Shown here in pieces: positions 10,166 through 20,494 of a DNA stretch of 64,000 bases. The position numbers and the translations under genes are program-made. The DNA is from a virus (Duplodnaviria > Caudoviricetes). The stretch is from the IMG/VR virus record IMGVR_UViG_3300013383_000020, positions 1 through 64,000 of that record; one strand, given 5' to 3'. The notes under the pieces are model-generated. The model was not told where the DNA came from. It did not search any database and saw nothing but the letters and a program-made list of their open reading frames with translations. Numbering within the stretch: the stretch's first letter is position 1; every line of letters starts with the position of its first letter.

Positions 10166-11923
10166 TTAATTGTATAGGCTAAATCGTTTTGATTGACGGA
10201 TTGGAAGTTTGTTGATGAGATTGTTTGTATTTGTTGGTCGTTTCTTCTTGTAAGATAATTGCTGACAGATATGGTACGAGTAGAGAAGGGATGACACCCT
10301 GTCCTTTCGCATACCAGGTCTTTCCTTAACCTTGATATTTCCATTTTTGTTTTCGTGTTCAAGTTTTGCTAATTCTTCAATTAACATAGAAGTTTGCAGA
10401 TATGGAAGTCTATACATTGCTTGTTCTTGAGCTGGCATTTTATTAAAACCTTTGATATGCTTCTTAATGAATTCCTCTGCATTATTTTCATTGATAAGTA
10501 AATTTATGTTTCCATTCATAAATGCTGAACGTAATGCTAAATACATATCGTTATTTGTACTAGCATTCGCTTTAATAACCCATAGAGCTTTTTGTGCATT
10601 TCTAACTTTACATCTAGCTTCAATATCAGAATTATTACAACATGAAATTGCAGGATAAGTTTGATTATACATAGGATCAAATCTATCAGTTAAACAATAA
10701 TCCACGATAGCTTGTCCAACACCTGCACCATCTATACAAAGTTGAGTACACTTATATTGATAGAAAAATCTCATAACCAATAATCCTAAATCATCAACAG
10801 TTAATCCTTCTTTTGTTTCCAAATATGGAACATTACATATAAAATCTCCATTATCAGTAGGTAAGCAAGATAAAATAGTGAGAGCAGAAGCATCATTTGC
10901 ATGTCTTCTTGAAGCCATAAGAGCAACGTCCACACCCAAAATTCTTTCTTCGCCTTTTGCTAAATCTGGAACTTTTATATTTTTATTTCGATATTCTTCT
11001 AATGGATAAAATGATTCATTTAATCTACGTCTTGCAGTTAAAGCACTATAACTAAACAATGCGTCATCTCCACAACCATAGAATAAACATTCCATTTCCA
11101 TCATCCAACTTATATCACTAAAAGTACTTTCACTTACTTCGTCCATTACTTGTTCTTTTGAAAGTAGACCTTCTTTGATTGAAACTTCATAGGGCAATCC
11201 CACTATCCAATATTTTTTTGTATCATCTAAGAAAGCAGCGGTATAGGCTTGTGCTTGCTCGTATAATTCCGAATCTTGAAAGAAACAAGAAGTCATATAT
11301 ATTTCCTTATTTCTTTCAGCAGGATAATCTTTATATTCTGGTTTATCCATAAACTTCGGATGTCTTGGGGCTGTTAAAAACTTACGAAGTACAGTTTGTA
11401 TAATACTTCTTTCAACCATTCTTGATTCATCAACAATCAGAACATTTGCTCTAGCACCTCTTCCAGAGTCTGATGCTGTTACGACTCGAATCCATGAATG
11501 GTTTTTAAAATAAATTGCTGCTTCATTTTGTCCTATATTACATCTTTCTATTTCTGTCGCAAGAATAGGATAGTTTTTCATAAAGTCATCTTGGATCTTA
11601 AGAAGGACTTCATTGCCCTGTTTTCTGGTATAACTACAAACGACTATCTTGCTATTCGGATAGCAGACTGCACGAAAACAGCAGTAGAGTGCAGTAAGCC
11701 AGCTCTTTCCTTGACCTCTTGCTGCACAATATAAAGCAAAATTATAATAATTAAACGCAAACATCAAAATTTTTTGAAATAGCTTTAAATTTACTCCAAG
11801 ATATTCTTTTGCCCACCTATGGGGATTGGAGCGGAAGTAGGCAGCTTTTTTGGCAATCATCTTCATAAATTTTTGTTGTTTGTCTTCTTTAATTTGATTG
11901 TCTGTTTTTTTGGTCGAAGGCAT
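10166..11923 (-). CDS. terL: Terminase large subunit
   Basis: Walker A ARGQGKS, Walker B LIVDE, nuclease GVDVA and RKDRVSS; ATG 11923 after GGAGGT. Confidence 0.92.
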   Translation of the reverse strand: MPSTKKTDNQIKEDKQQKFMKMIAKKAAYFRSNPHRWAKEYLGVNLKLFQKILMFAFNYYNFALYCAARGQGKSWLTALYCCFRAVCYPNSKIVVCSYTRKQGNEVLLKIQDDFMKNYPILATEIERCNIGQNEAAIYFKNHSWIRVVTASDSGRGARANVLIVDESRMVERSIIQTVLRKFLTAPRHPKFMDKPEYKDYPAERNKEIYMTSCFFQDSELYEQAQAYTAAFLDDTKKYWIVGLPYEVSIKEGLLSKEQVMDEVSESTFSDISWMMEMECLFYGCGDDALFSYSALTARRRLNESFYPLEEYRNKNIKVPDLAKGEERILGVDVALMASRRHANDASALTILSCLPTDNGDFICNVPYLETKEGLTVDDLGLLVMRFFYQYKCTQLCIDGAGVGQAIVDYCLTDRFDPMYNQTYPAISCCNNSDIEARCKVRNAQKALWVIKANASTNNDMYLALRSAFMNGNINLLINENNAEEFIKKHIKGFNKMPAQEQAMYRLPYLQTSMLIEELAKLEHENKNGNIKVKERPGMRKDRVSSLLYSYHICQQLSYKKKRPTNTNNLINKLPIRQSKRFSLYN

Positions 11924-11924
11924 T

Positions 11925-12965
11925 TTATTCAACCTCCTTACCAAAAAGGGCATCATATATATCTGAAGATTCACTATCTTCATCATATGTTGGCTTTGTT
12001 ACTGTGTATTGAGCCATATAATCATCGTATTCTTTTGAATATGCATTTTTTAATCCCATCATTTTTGCTAAATGACCTTTAAAAAACACATTGATATATT
12101 TTTTGATTCCATCAACATCTTCAAATTCAGGATCTGGTTCAATACTATCCTCAGTTTCCCATTTCTCAATTAATTGACCAAACGTAAGCATGTCGGAAGA
12201 TGAGTTTGAAACATTTTGGCGTGGTTGCAAGTTTGATGCTGCCATAGCGTCATTGAGTGACCTAACTAATTTATCCGTGTCTTTTCCAGCCATACGAGCC
12301 TTATAAATATCTAGTAATATCAAACAAATTTGTACTAAATATGTTTCCTGTGGTTTTGTATCAATTTGAACCCTTGACTTCCAATCATCATATTGGTCTT
12401 GTAAGTATAACAAATCTTCATTTGGCATATTTCCAAAAAGTCGAACAATTTCTTTTCGTGGTTTTTTATTTGTAGAAACAGTTTCTCCAGTTTCTTCGTC
12501 CAAAAATACAGAATCAGCAAACTTTAAATTTTTCCAATTTGGTAATGACTTGTACATTACAATAAATTGTTGAACAGCAGTGCTTCGGATCTTTTCACCT
12601 GTTTGTTCAGATAAAGATTGCATTTGATCTGTATAGACCTTTTCATCAAAATACCAATTTAACCTTCTAAACGTTTCAATTGTTTTACTTTTATTATCTG
12701 TACGAATACCAGTTTTTTTGTCAAAATCAGAACATTCATTTAATATGCATTCCTTGCAAGCATAATGTTCAATACCATCTGGACTTGTTGATGATGCGTA
12801 GAATGTTGCTGCGCTTTTCCATTGTCCACAATGACTACAATATATTAGCTCATTGTTCATAATACGCTGATAGAAACTTGCAAGCTTTTTGTATTCATTA
12901 CGCAAATTCACAACTGTAATTTTCTTCAATTCAGCATCTGAAATTGGCTCTAAAACCTTAGCCAT
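11925..12965 (-). CDS. Zinc-finger protein upstream of terL, candidate terminase small subunit
   Basis: CSHC/CKEC motifs; coupled to terL. Confidence 0.55.
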   Translation of the reverse strand: MAKVLEPISDAELKKITVVNLRNEYKKLASFYQRIMNNELIYCSHCGQWKSAATFYASSTSPDGIEHYACKECILNECSDFDKKTGIRTDNKSKTIETFRRLNWYFDEKVYTDQMQSLSEQTGEKIRSTAVQQFIVMYKSLPNWKNLKFADSVFLDEETGETVSTNKKPRKEIVRLFGNMPNEDLLYLQDQYDDWKSRVQIDTKPQETYLVQICLILLDIYKARMAGKDTDKLVRSLNDAMAASNLQPRQNVSNSSSDMLTFGQLIEKWETEDSIEPDPEFEDVDGIKKYINVFFKGHLAKMMGLKNAYSKEYDDYMAQYTVTKPTYDEDSESSDIYDALFGKEVE

Positions 12966-13009
12966 TGTTTCACCTTCTTTCCTTTTATTCCAACAAAAAA
13001 GAGAAGTCA

Positions 13010-14041
13010 CTAAGCAGTTTTAGTAACTTCTCCTAAATTATTTTCATTATATTTCCAAATATAGCCTTTATATGTATCACATTTATATTCATTTCTACAA
13101 ACCTTATTGATTGAGTAAATATTATTTCCATCATCTTGTAATTCTTTAGCAGACCATGTTTTAATAAAATTCATATCTTTATCGAATTGGTCTATATAAT
13201 ATAAACCACAACACTTTCTACAATGATGTAAATATTCACTTGTAAGATTGAATTCTTTATCATATTTATAAATCCATATATAATTACCATATATATTTCT
13301 TTCGTGCCTGCAACATCTTTTTATTCCTAAAATATTTTCATCACTATTTCTCAATTCTTCTTGTGACCATTCTTTTATTAAATTTCCAAACAAATCATAT
13401 TGTAGAATTGGTATATCAAAATATCTATTATGTTCAAACATATATTGTTCTACGTCAAAATTTTCTATATTGTCATATTCATCTTTATAAAACCAGATAT
13501 AACCACCTGCTTGATAACATACATGTCTACAACACTGTAAGATTGTTCTCGCACGAATATTATCAAATGTTCTCTGAACATGAGTAGCACTTCTCCATAT
13601 TTTTATAAGATTTCCATTAAAATCAATTTGTACAACTTTATCTGGATTCTTTACTTTGGACATATAATCTTTTTGCTCTTGCGTTAGTGATATGCCACGA
13701 CTTGAGCAATCACCACCAGTAGAAAGATTATAACCATTCTTAGGATTGGTTGAATCATATTTATCTATCCAATAAATCTCTCTATCGTTTAATTCATCTT
13801 GTGTGCATTCTTCCAATACAGAAAAATCGAAATTATCTTCTCCATATTTGTTCCATGCACCCTGTAAATGTCTGTTATAATGGTTATCTCTGTTTAATTC
13901 GCAACGGTGATTCCACCATCTGGTGCGAATGTCAATGCTTTGTCCAATATACACCTTATTGTTTATTTTGTTTGTGATAATATAAATACCACTTACACCT
14001 TCTGGTAATCCAGTTTCTTTTTTATTCTGTAAAGTTCCCAT
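13010..14041 (-). CDS. GIY-YIG homing endonuclease with NUMOD1-like repeats
   Basis: SGIYIITN..VYIGQS, GYN motif, three repeats Q.D..G..IK.W.S...C....Y.GYIW. Confidence 0.9.
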   Translation of the reverse strand: MGTLQNKKETGLPEGVSGIYIITNKINNKVYIGQSIDIRTRWWNHRCELNRDNHYNRHLQGAWNKYGEDNFDFSVLEECTQDELNDREIYWIDKYDSTNPKNGYNLSTGGDCSSRGISLTQEQKDYMSKVKNPDKVVQIDFNGNLIKIWRSATHVQRTFDNIRARTILQCCRHVCYQAGGYIWFYKDEYDNIENFDVEQYMFEHNRYFDIPILQYDLFGNLIKEWSQEELRNSDENILGIKRCCRHERNIYGNYIWIYKYDKEFNLTSEYLHHCRKCCGLYYIDQFDKDMNFIKTWSAKELQDDGNNIYSINKVCRNEYKCDTYKGYIWKYNENNLGEVTKTA

Positions 14042-14314
14042 TTCATCATTTCTCCAATCCCTCCATATCAACAACAATAGAAGAGAAGAGTGACTGGATA
14101 TGGAGTACAGTCATTCACGAAGATGATCAGTCCTCGTTATTCTTCTCTTAATTCCAACCACCTGCAATCGAAACAGTAACAATCCTCTCATAGTTAGCTA
14201 TATATTTATTCTCTTTTTAAATTTCATCACAACACAAAAAGAAGCCATCTCTTGCGAAATGACTTCTCAAATTTCCAATATTAAATTTCCAATGAAAGTG
14301 CAATTTATTTAGAA

Positions 14315-14398
14315 CGCCGTGTTAGGGATTTGAACCCCAAAGACTTTTACATCCAGACTGTTTTCAAGACAGCACCCTCGACCAATCGGACACACGGC
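14315..14398 (-). tRNA. tRNA-Ser(TGA)
   Basis: Acceptor GCCGTGT/ACACGGC, anticodon loop CTTGAAA, long variable arm, T loop TTCAAAT. Confidence 0.88.
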
Positions 14399-14403
14399 AT
14401 GAG

Positions 14404-14491
14404 CGTAGTATATAGGACTTGAACCTATGCACCGAATAAACGATGACCTCTGATTAGCAATCAGGTGCAATACCAACTCTGCCAATACTAC
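14404..14491 (-). tRNA. tRNA-Ser(GCT)
   Basis: Acceptor GTAGTAT/ATACTAC, anticodon loop TTGCTAA, long variable arm, T arm ATAGG-TTCAAGT-CCTAT. Confidence 0.85.
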
Positions 14492-14592
14492 ATAACAAAA
14501 GAGCCACCTCACATGAAATGACTCTTTCTTCCCTTTTCCCACAACAAAAGCCACCTTACACTTTCACATGAGATGACTTCTCATATTAAATA

Positions 14593-15489
14593 TCAATCAG
14601 TTGTCTTTGTGTATTCAACAAAGATATATCCATTCGTATCTGTTCTATCATTCAGCGTCATCACTGTGACTTTTGTTGCATTTGCAAAAATACTAATACT
14701 CACATCTTCTGTAGACGATTTCCATAAATAAGGTAATGGTAGAAAGTCACCACTTGCCTTCTTTGCAACACCACTAATATTTGTAATAAATTCAATATTG
14801 CTAATACCGTGAGGAATATCTTTTATGCTCGTATTGGGAAGAGTACCTAAATTTACAACTTTTCTATAAACAGGTTTACCATCAATCCAAACTTTATCCG
14901 TTACAACTTCATCCGTACTGTAAATATCTTTGGGTGTATCTGCATACTTATCACTAACTTTTAAAGCCTTGATAATATAATTTACACCTAACTGTTTACC
15001 GTGAGTACATCCACTACCACCTGTTCCAACTAAGAAACTTGGTTCGTTCCCAGAGGCTTCTGTTGATATAATCATTCCCACATGTTTTTCACGACTCGCA
15101 CTGTTTGTTTTGATTATCAGTGGGAAATTTTTATTATTATCTGCATATACTAAAGTATTTACATTATCATCTTTAAACTGACCTAATGTATGTACATCAT
15201 GATTTGTAATACTCTGCGTTGTGTTTTGCCCAATGCCGACTGGAACAGTTTCTCTTAAATCTGGTAACTTAAACTTGCTTGTATCAGCAGTTGTACCATA
15301 AGTATCACCAATCACTCCATATAAATCCGCATAAAGAGTCTTTGATACCTCTGAACCATCACACACTAAGAAACCAACAGGAGGGGTAGTAGAAGCATAA
15401 GATAAGATTGTACCAACGGGTACTGAATATACTGAATTATCTACGTCACACGCATAGGCTAATTTTTTAGTTCCTTGATATATTGCCAT
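14593..15489 (-). CDS. Phage tail-collar-domain fibre protein
   Basis: VPVGTILSYAS..PPVGFLVCDGS..YADLYGVIG..F.LPDLR collar motif; C-terminal WIDGKPVYRKV domain. Confidence 0.85.
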   Translation of the reverse strand: MAIYQGTKKLAYACDVDNSVYSVPVGTILSYASTTPPVGFLVCDGSEVSKTLYADLYGVIGDTYGTTADTSKFKLPDLRETVPVGIGQNTTQSITNHDVHTLGQFKDDNVNTLVYADNNKNFPLIIKTNSASREKHVGMIISTEASGNEPSFLVGTGGSGCTHGKQLGVNYIIKALKVSDKYADTPKDIYSTDEVVTDKVWIDGKPVYRKVVNLGTLPNTSIKDIPHGISNIEFITNISGVAKKASGDFLPLPYLWKSSTEDVSISIFANATKVTVMTLNDRTDTNGYIFVEYTKTTD

Positions 15490-15507
15490 CTATTTCTCAC
15501 TCCTTCC

Positions 15508-17307
15508 TTAAATTGTTCCCTGTATCATAAAGTGCATTTCATTCTGGACATCACTACCGTAGTTTTGGTCATAAGCCCATTGTGTTACAGTATTCTTTGT
15601 TGTCTTTTCAGTGCCAGCAGGAGTACCATATGTGATTTTAATAGTTGGTAATTCCTTAAATGGAAGAGGGTAGTTAATTGCTATAGTTTTTCCATCTGTA
15701 CTTGCACGTTGAATTGCAAAAATAGTCATAGTATTACCATAGATTGTAAAATACATTGTACAATGCTTTTCGCCTTCCGATTCTTCAATATAAGTTTTTC
15801 CTTCATCAGAAACATACATTGCTTTATTATCTATATACTCACTTATTTTCTTAGCAGACCATGTTTTATTCGTAGCATCTGTCGCACTATCATCAATCAA
15901 AGCGCCTGCAATAGTATCTTCCTCATCAGTCACAACATAGGTAGTATCTACATCTTTCTCAGCCAGAGCATCATATTCTGCTTTAGTACCATGCCATAAA
16001 TTACCGCTTGCAATCTGTTCACCATTATAAAGAACAGTGCCATCATCTGACTCTGTAAACTTATCAATTACAGCCTTATTGGTATGACTATGCTTGTCTG
16101 CAACAGCTTCGTCCCAATCGGTAACTTTCTCAGTGGTAATACCGTCAAGAACAGTCTTATTTGTAAAAATAGGAATTTCTGTATCTTCTGGTAAAGCACC
16201 AACTTCCGCTGCTGTGTAACTTGGCTTTGTGCTTGCTTTAGCCCAAGCAGGAACAGTCGGATCAGTCTCTGTATATTCTGTCAAATAATTTGCATCATTC
16301 GTAAAGGCACTGATTAAAGTTGGAACTGTTGGCAGTTCTGTCTTATCTGCTTTATCAGCCAACTTTGCATTTACTTCTGTTTTCTTATAGTAATCGGATA
16401 AATCTACCTGAGTAGAACCTAATTCAGCAAAAGCACCATTGATATACATATACTGCATATAGGCAGAAGTGTCGTCTTGCTTAATCAGATAGATTACACT
16501 TGTATCAATATCTTCTGTTGGAAGTTCATCGACAATCTGTGAAGTAAGTTTCTGAATACTTGAGATAAGACCATTTACTTCGGTCTTTGTATATGTATCA
16601 GCCTTGTTGTAATAATGAACAAGGTTATCTACTGTATTCTTAATATAATTCTCATCATTATTTAATTCAGAGACATTGACAGGAACAGTAGGAATAGCGT
16701 CTGCATTTGCTTTTGCAATAAGTGCAGTATCTACTTCGTCCTTTGTGTAGTAATTTTCTACATCAAGAGCAGAGCCGTCTTTTACTACGAAAGATTTTAC
16801 ACCGTCTTTATCTGTAAAAGATACCGTATGTCTTCCTGTAGCTTCGGTAATTGTAACAGTAGGAGAGAAGCCGTCTGTTCCTTTTAGATTTTCAAGCTGT
16901 TCCTCGGTGAAATCATCGTAAGTAAATGCTTCTCCATCCATTACATTGAATGAATTTGAACCGTTCTCATTTGTGACGGTTACTTTGTGACCACCTGTAA
17001 TGTCGGTGATTGAGATAGTGGGAGAGTAGCCGTCATCGCCTTTTTCGCCATCAAAATAATCAACTCCCTTAACAGGTGTCTTACCTGCTACACCTGGCGT
17101 ACCTTGTTTACCGTCAACGCCATTCATAACATCAAGAGTAGAAGTCTGTTTTGTGCCACTTGTGCCAGTCCATTCAAATATAACTCTATGACCACCATCA
17201 ATCTCAGTGATTGATTTGATAGCAGCAGGAGCACCCTTGACTGCTCCAAGAGAATCGGCAGTTTCTCCAACATAATTCTTGGCAGCGGCTAATGTAATAA
17301 GATCCAT
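15508..17307 (-). CDS. Fibre-like virion protein with short collagen-like repeats
   Basis: GxY triplets, repeated DGYSPT..T.I.GGH.V, YYTKxEVD and VSELxND motifs typical of phage fibres. Confidence 0.7.
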   Translation of the reverse strand: MDLITLAAAKNYVGETADSLGAVKGAPAAIKSITEIDGGHRVIFEWTGTSGTKQTSTLDVMNGVDGKQGTPGVAGKTPVKGVDYFDGEKGDDGYSPTISITDITGGHKVTVTNENGSNSFNVMDGEAFTYDDFTEEQLENLKGTDGFSPTVTITEATGRHTVSFTDKDGVKSFVVKDGSALDVENYYTKDEVDTALIAKANADAIPTVPVNVSELNNDENYIKNTVDNLVHYYNKADTYTKTEVNGLISSIQKLTSQIVDELPTEDIDTSVIYLIKQDDTSAYMQYMYINGAFAELGSTQVDLSDYYKKTEVNAKLADKADKTELPTVPTLISAFTNDANYLTEYTETDPTVPAWAKASTKPSYTAAEVGALPEDTEIPIFTNKTVLDGITTEKVTDWDEAVADKHSHTNKAVIDKFTESDDGTVLYNGEQIASGNLWHGTKAEYDALAEKDVDTTYVVTDEEDTIAGALIDDSATDATNKTWSAKKISEYIDNKAMYVSDEGKTYIEESEGEKHCTMYFTIYGNTMTIFAIQRASTDGKTIAINYPLPFKELPTIKITYGTPAGTEKTTKNTVTQWAYDQNYGSDVQNEMHFMIQGTI

Positions 17308-17310
17308 GTT

Positions 17311-17502
17311 TTACACCTCCCACCACTTTTGATTTTCTTCGTCATAAATATATGATTTCTTACTATCCATTTCGTAATATGTTGAAGCGTTTCCAACGAA
17401 AACATCTTCAAATTTACCAATAGGCTTTTCATCTGTTGAAAGTCCATATAATTCAAGCCATACACGATTTGGTTTATCTGCATACTTGTTAATTGTAATC
17501 AT
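17311..17502 (-). CDS. Small fibre-associated protein
   Basis: AGGAGG RBS; GLSTDEKP...YDEENQKW motif. Confidence 0.65.
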   Translation of the reverse strand: MITINKYADKPNRVWLELYGLSTDEKPIGKFEDVFVGNASTYYEMDSKKSYIYDEENQKWWEV

Positions 17503-17613
17503 TTTTTCATTCCTCCTTAATATTTTTATAGTCGCCCACATGAGCTAACACGCAGACGACCTTATATAAAAGGAAGTCTGTCTTAATTTTTTGCATAAAA
17601 ATAAGACCTACGA

Positions 17614-18492
17614 TTATGCGGTCTTTTCTAATAATTCATTAGTTCTAAATTTTACTTGATGCATTTTAGTCAACATATTCTTTCGTTCTGTAAATCCCAT
17701 ATCCATCAAAAGTAACACTTGATTCTGTTCTTCTAAGAACAGCAATTCTTCATTATGTTCTTTCTTCAAATAATCACGAATTAGGTCATTAGCTGCAACT
17801 CCATATTCAGATTTTAATTGCTGAGAAGTTTTACCAGAAACAATAACATTTAACATGTCTGCTTCAACTGCATATTCTGAACGACTTGCATGATGTCCCC
17901 ATATGCGGTAACACCAAGCGTCAACTTCCGATGACATTTTCTTGTATTCAACTTTCTCAGGATCACGAGTAGCAAGCCATTCTTTATTTTTAATAACAAT
18001 ATCTTTTAAAATTCTAAAATATCTTCTGTACATACGAGATATTTCCTTTGTTACTTTGTTCGTTCTTGGCAAAGCACCAATATACATCGCAATATCTTCC
18101 GCTGTGTCTAATTTTAACATGCAAGATTTGGATATTCCCTTTGCTGATAACTGCGATTGGTTTAAACCAACTGCTTCATTTTCAGCAAATTTTTCGTAAT
18201 CAATTAAATGAGTACGAGGGTTATTTTCCCATTTCTTTACAGTACAATAGAATATTTGGTAAGAATCTTCGCGTACATTTTCGGAATTGAAAATATTAGA
18301 CCTTATCCAATTTGAGAATTTGTCTTTTGAACCAATCTGATTCCATAAATCAATTGCATTCACACTATATTCAGCAATATTATCATTATCAAATAATACA
18401 GGTAATTCTTTTTGACATTTTAATATTAACTGTATGTCCTCCTCTTTACATTCTAGTCTTTCCAATTCTTTTCTACTAAATTTTTGAACCAT
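17614..18492 (-). CDS. AntA/AntB-like antirepressor-domain protein
   Basis: VNAIDLWNQIGSKDKFSNWI, LDTAEDIAM and RRYF motifs. Confidence 0.7.
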   Translation of the reverse strand: MVQKFSRKELERLECKEEDIQLILKCQKELPVLFDNDNIAEYSVNAIDLWNQIGSKDKFSNWIRSNIFNSENVREDSYQIFYCTVKKWENNPRTHLIDYEKFAENEAVGLNQSQLSAKGISKSCMLKLDTAEDIAMYIGALPRTNKVTKEISRMYRRYFRILKDIVIKNKEWLATRDPEKVEYKKMSSEVDAWCYRIWGHHASRSEYAVEADMLNVIVSGKTSQQLKSEYGVAANDLIRDYLKKEHNEELLFLEEQNQVLLLMDMGFTERKNMLTKMHQVKFRTNELLEKTA

Positions 18493-18867
18493 TTTTCAGT
18501 TCCTCCTTATTTTATTTTTTGTTTTTGCGCAACAAAAAAGTTATGCGCTTATTGCTAGATTCCTATCTTTTTGCCTTGACAATTAGTGGGGTATAAGGAG
18601 CTACCTCATACCCACTCATTGCTTTTGTATGCGCAAAAAGGTGGTTAGGATTCCACCAATAAGGACATAACTTTCGTCCTAATTTGTATTCAATTGTTAA
18701 TATATTATTCTCTCAAAACCCAATGAAAGCCAAAATTCATGAGTCATTGATAAAAGCGAGAGAGTGGTGATGAGCCACCCACATCTTATACTCACGTGCA
18801 CACAAATATAAAACTTTAGCCATCAGGGTTTCTCGCATAGTAGGGTGGAAGAGTACCACCCATTATA

Positions 18868-19779
18868 TTAAGGGGTCACAGAAGCGAATAATGCGTCAAT
18901 CTCATCATTAGTAATTGCAGTAAATGTATCCGACTCTAAAGCATCAACACGGGTTTTTAAACTATCAACACCTGCTTGTGCGTCTGTACCAGCCTTTTTT
19001 GCGTCTGCAATAGCCTTGGTAGTTGCACCACCAGTACCAAGAGAAGCTTTATTAGCAGCCACATCAGTCTTTAAATCTGTTAAATCTGATTCCTGAATTG
19101 CAGTATCGGCTTTACCTAAAGAAGTCTGAACTTCTTTAGAAAGTTTAGTCTTTGTAACATTACCGTCCGCAATTTTAGCAGTTACAACCGCATTAGCAGC
19201 TAATTCTGTGGCGGTTACAGAACCAGCAACAATAGTAGCAGAAATTTCTCTTGTAGAAGAATCAATTGCAAGCTGAATCTGTGTAGCACTAGCCTTTGCT
19301 GTATAAATATCTACCAGTGTACCAATATTAATATACACCTTATCATTTGTTGCATTAGCAAGTGTTAATACTAAATAAGTACCTTTAGATTGACCAGCAG
19401 GATCTTTTTCAACCGTACCACTAGATACAACCATATCTTTTGGAATATCAATTACACCAAGTCTTGCATTACCCTGTGTGAATGTGTAAGATTTTGCATA
19501 TCCTTCGGTAGTAGTCTCTGTAGAAATCTTAACAACAGAGCCTGTACCACCTGCTTCGATAGATGCCGCAACTTCATTTAAAGCAACAACTAAATTTTCT
19601 TTATTGGTTGTTGGTAAATCGTCAAGTGTGCCAATTTTACTTTCTACAGATTCTTTTGCTTCCTGAATTGCTTCCTTTGCACTGGCAAGGGTAGCAGCAT
19701 CGTCAGTAACGATTTTAGCTTTAATTTGTTTGTCGTATTCTTTTAATCCAGTAAGATCTAAATATGTAGCTTTTGCCAT
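18868..19779 (-). CDS. Putative virion fibre protein
   Basis: YLDLTGL N-terminus, IDIPKDMVV, xVTxxKIA repeats, ITNDEIDALF C-terminus. Confidence 0.65.
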   Translation of the reverse strand: MAKATYLDLTGLKEYDKQIKAKIVTDDAATLASAKEAIQEAKESVESKIGTLDDLPTTNKENLVVALNEVAASIEAGGTGSVVKISTETTTEGYAKSYTFTQGNARLGVIDIPKDMVVSSGTVEKDPAGQSKGTYLVLTLANATNDKVYINIGTLVDIYTAKASATQIQLAIDSSTREISATIVAGSVTATELAANAVVTAKIADGNVTKTKLSKEVQTSLGKADTAIQESDLTDLKTDVAANKASLGTGGATTKAIADAKKAGTDAQAGVDSLKTRVDALESDTFTAITNDEIDALFASVTP

Positions 19780-19798
19780 TTTTTTATTTCCTTTCTTT

Positions 19799-20056
19799 TT
19801 ATGTGAATAAATTGTTTATTTCTTCAATGGGTATAGTTGGCATAGATTCCTTATTTATTTCTTCTATTTTTGTATTTACCTCTTCAAATCTATCATCTAC
19901 ACTACCATTAATTTCTGTAATTTTTGTTTCAATTGACTCGTTTAATTCTTTTTTTATATCGTTATCATTCTGAATTAACTCATCTTTAATTTTTTTGTCA
20001 TTTTTAAGAAGCATTACGGTAAGCTCAGATACCTTGTCGTCTGTTACAATTTTCAT
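19799..20056 (-). CDS. Small coiled-coil protein
   Basis: 85 aa; C-terminus IPIEEINNLF echoes the neighbouring gene. Confidence 0.6.
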   Translation of the reverse strand: MKIVTDDKVSELTVMLLKNDKKIKDELIQNDNDIKKELNESIETKITEINGSVDDRFEEVNTKIEEINKESMPTIPIEEINNLFT

Positions 20057-20370
20057 CAGCCACCGTCCTTTCCAAACACATCATTGTAAGCTTTTTCGTA
20101 AATATTTATAATATCTTCTGATGTGGTTATCTGATATTGTGAATCTTTATCAACTTTAACTGTTACATCATATGTAATGTCAACCACAACACGTAAATTT
20201 TCGTGACCAACCTTTTTATCCAATTCTTCCATTACTTTATTTAGTTCTTCTACATCTGTTGTTGAAAACTCCACCTCTTGAGAGGGGTCATCAGTGACTT
20301 TGTAAAATTCATAAAAAACTTTTTTGAATGTAGAAGTATATTTAATGAGAATTTTATATTTCAACTCCAC
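20056..20370 (-). CDS. Phage hypothetical protein
   Basis: GGGAGG RBS and GTG start. Confidence 0.6.
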   Translation of the reverse strand: MELKYKILIKYTSTFKKVFYEFYKVTDDPSQEVEFSTTDVEELNKVMEELDKKVGHENLRVVVDITYDVTVKVDKDSQYQITTSEDIINIYEKAYNDVFGKDGG

Positions 20371-20419
20371 ATGTCCTCCCTTCTTATATTTTTATTTTCC
20401 TTTTACTCATTTGTTGAAA

Positions 20420-20494
20420 TTGCGGAAGAAGGATTCGAACCTCCGATTTTCAGCTCATGAGGCTGATGAGATGACCAGACTTCTCTATTCCGCT
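20420..20494 (-). tRNA. tRNA-Met(CAT), initiator-like
   Basis: Anticodon arm TCAGC-CTCATGA-GCTGA, 1:72 mismatch, T loop TTCGAAT. Confidence 0.85.

Noticed and set aside
14309-14554. 81-aa ORF on minus strand
   Set aside because: Coincides with two tRNA-Ser genes; no RBS.
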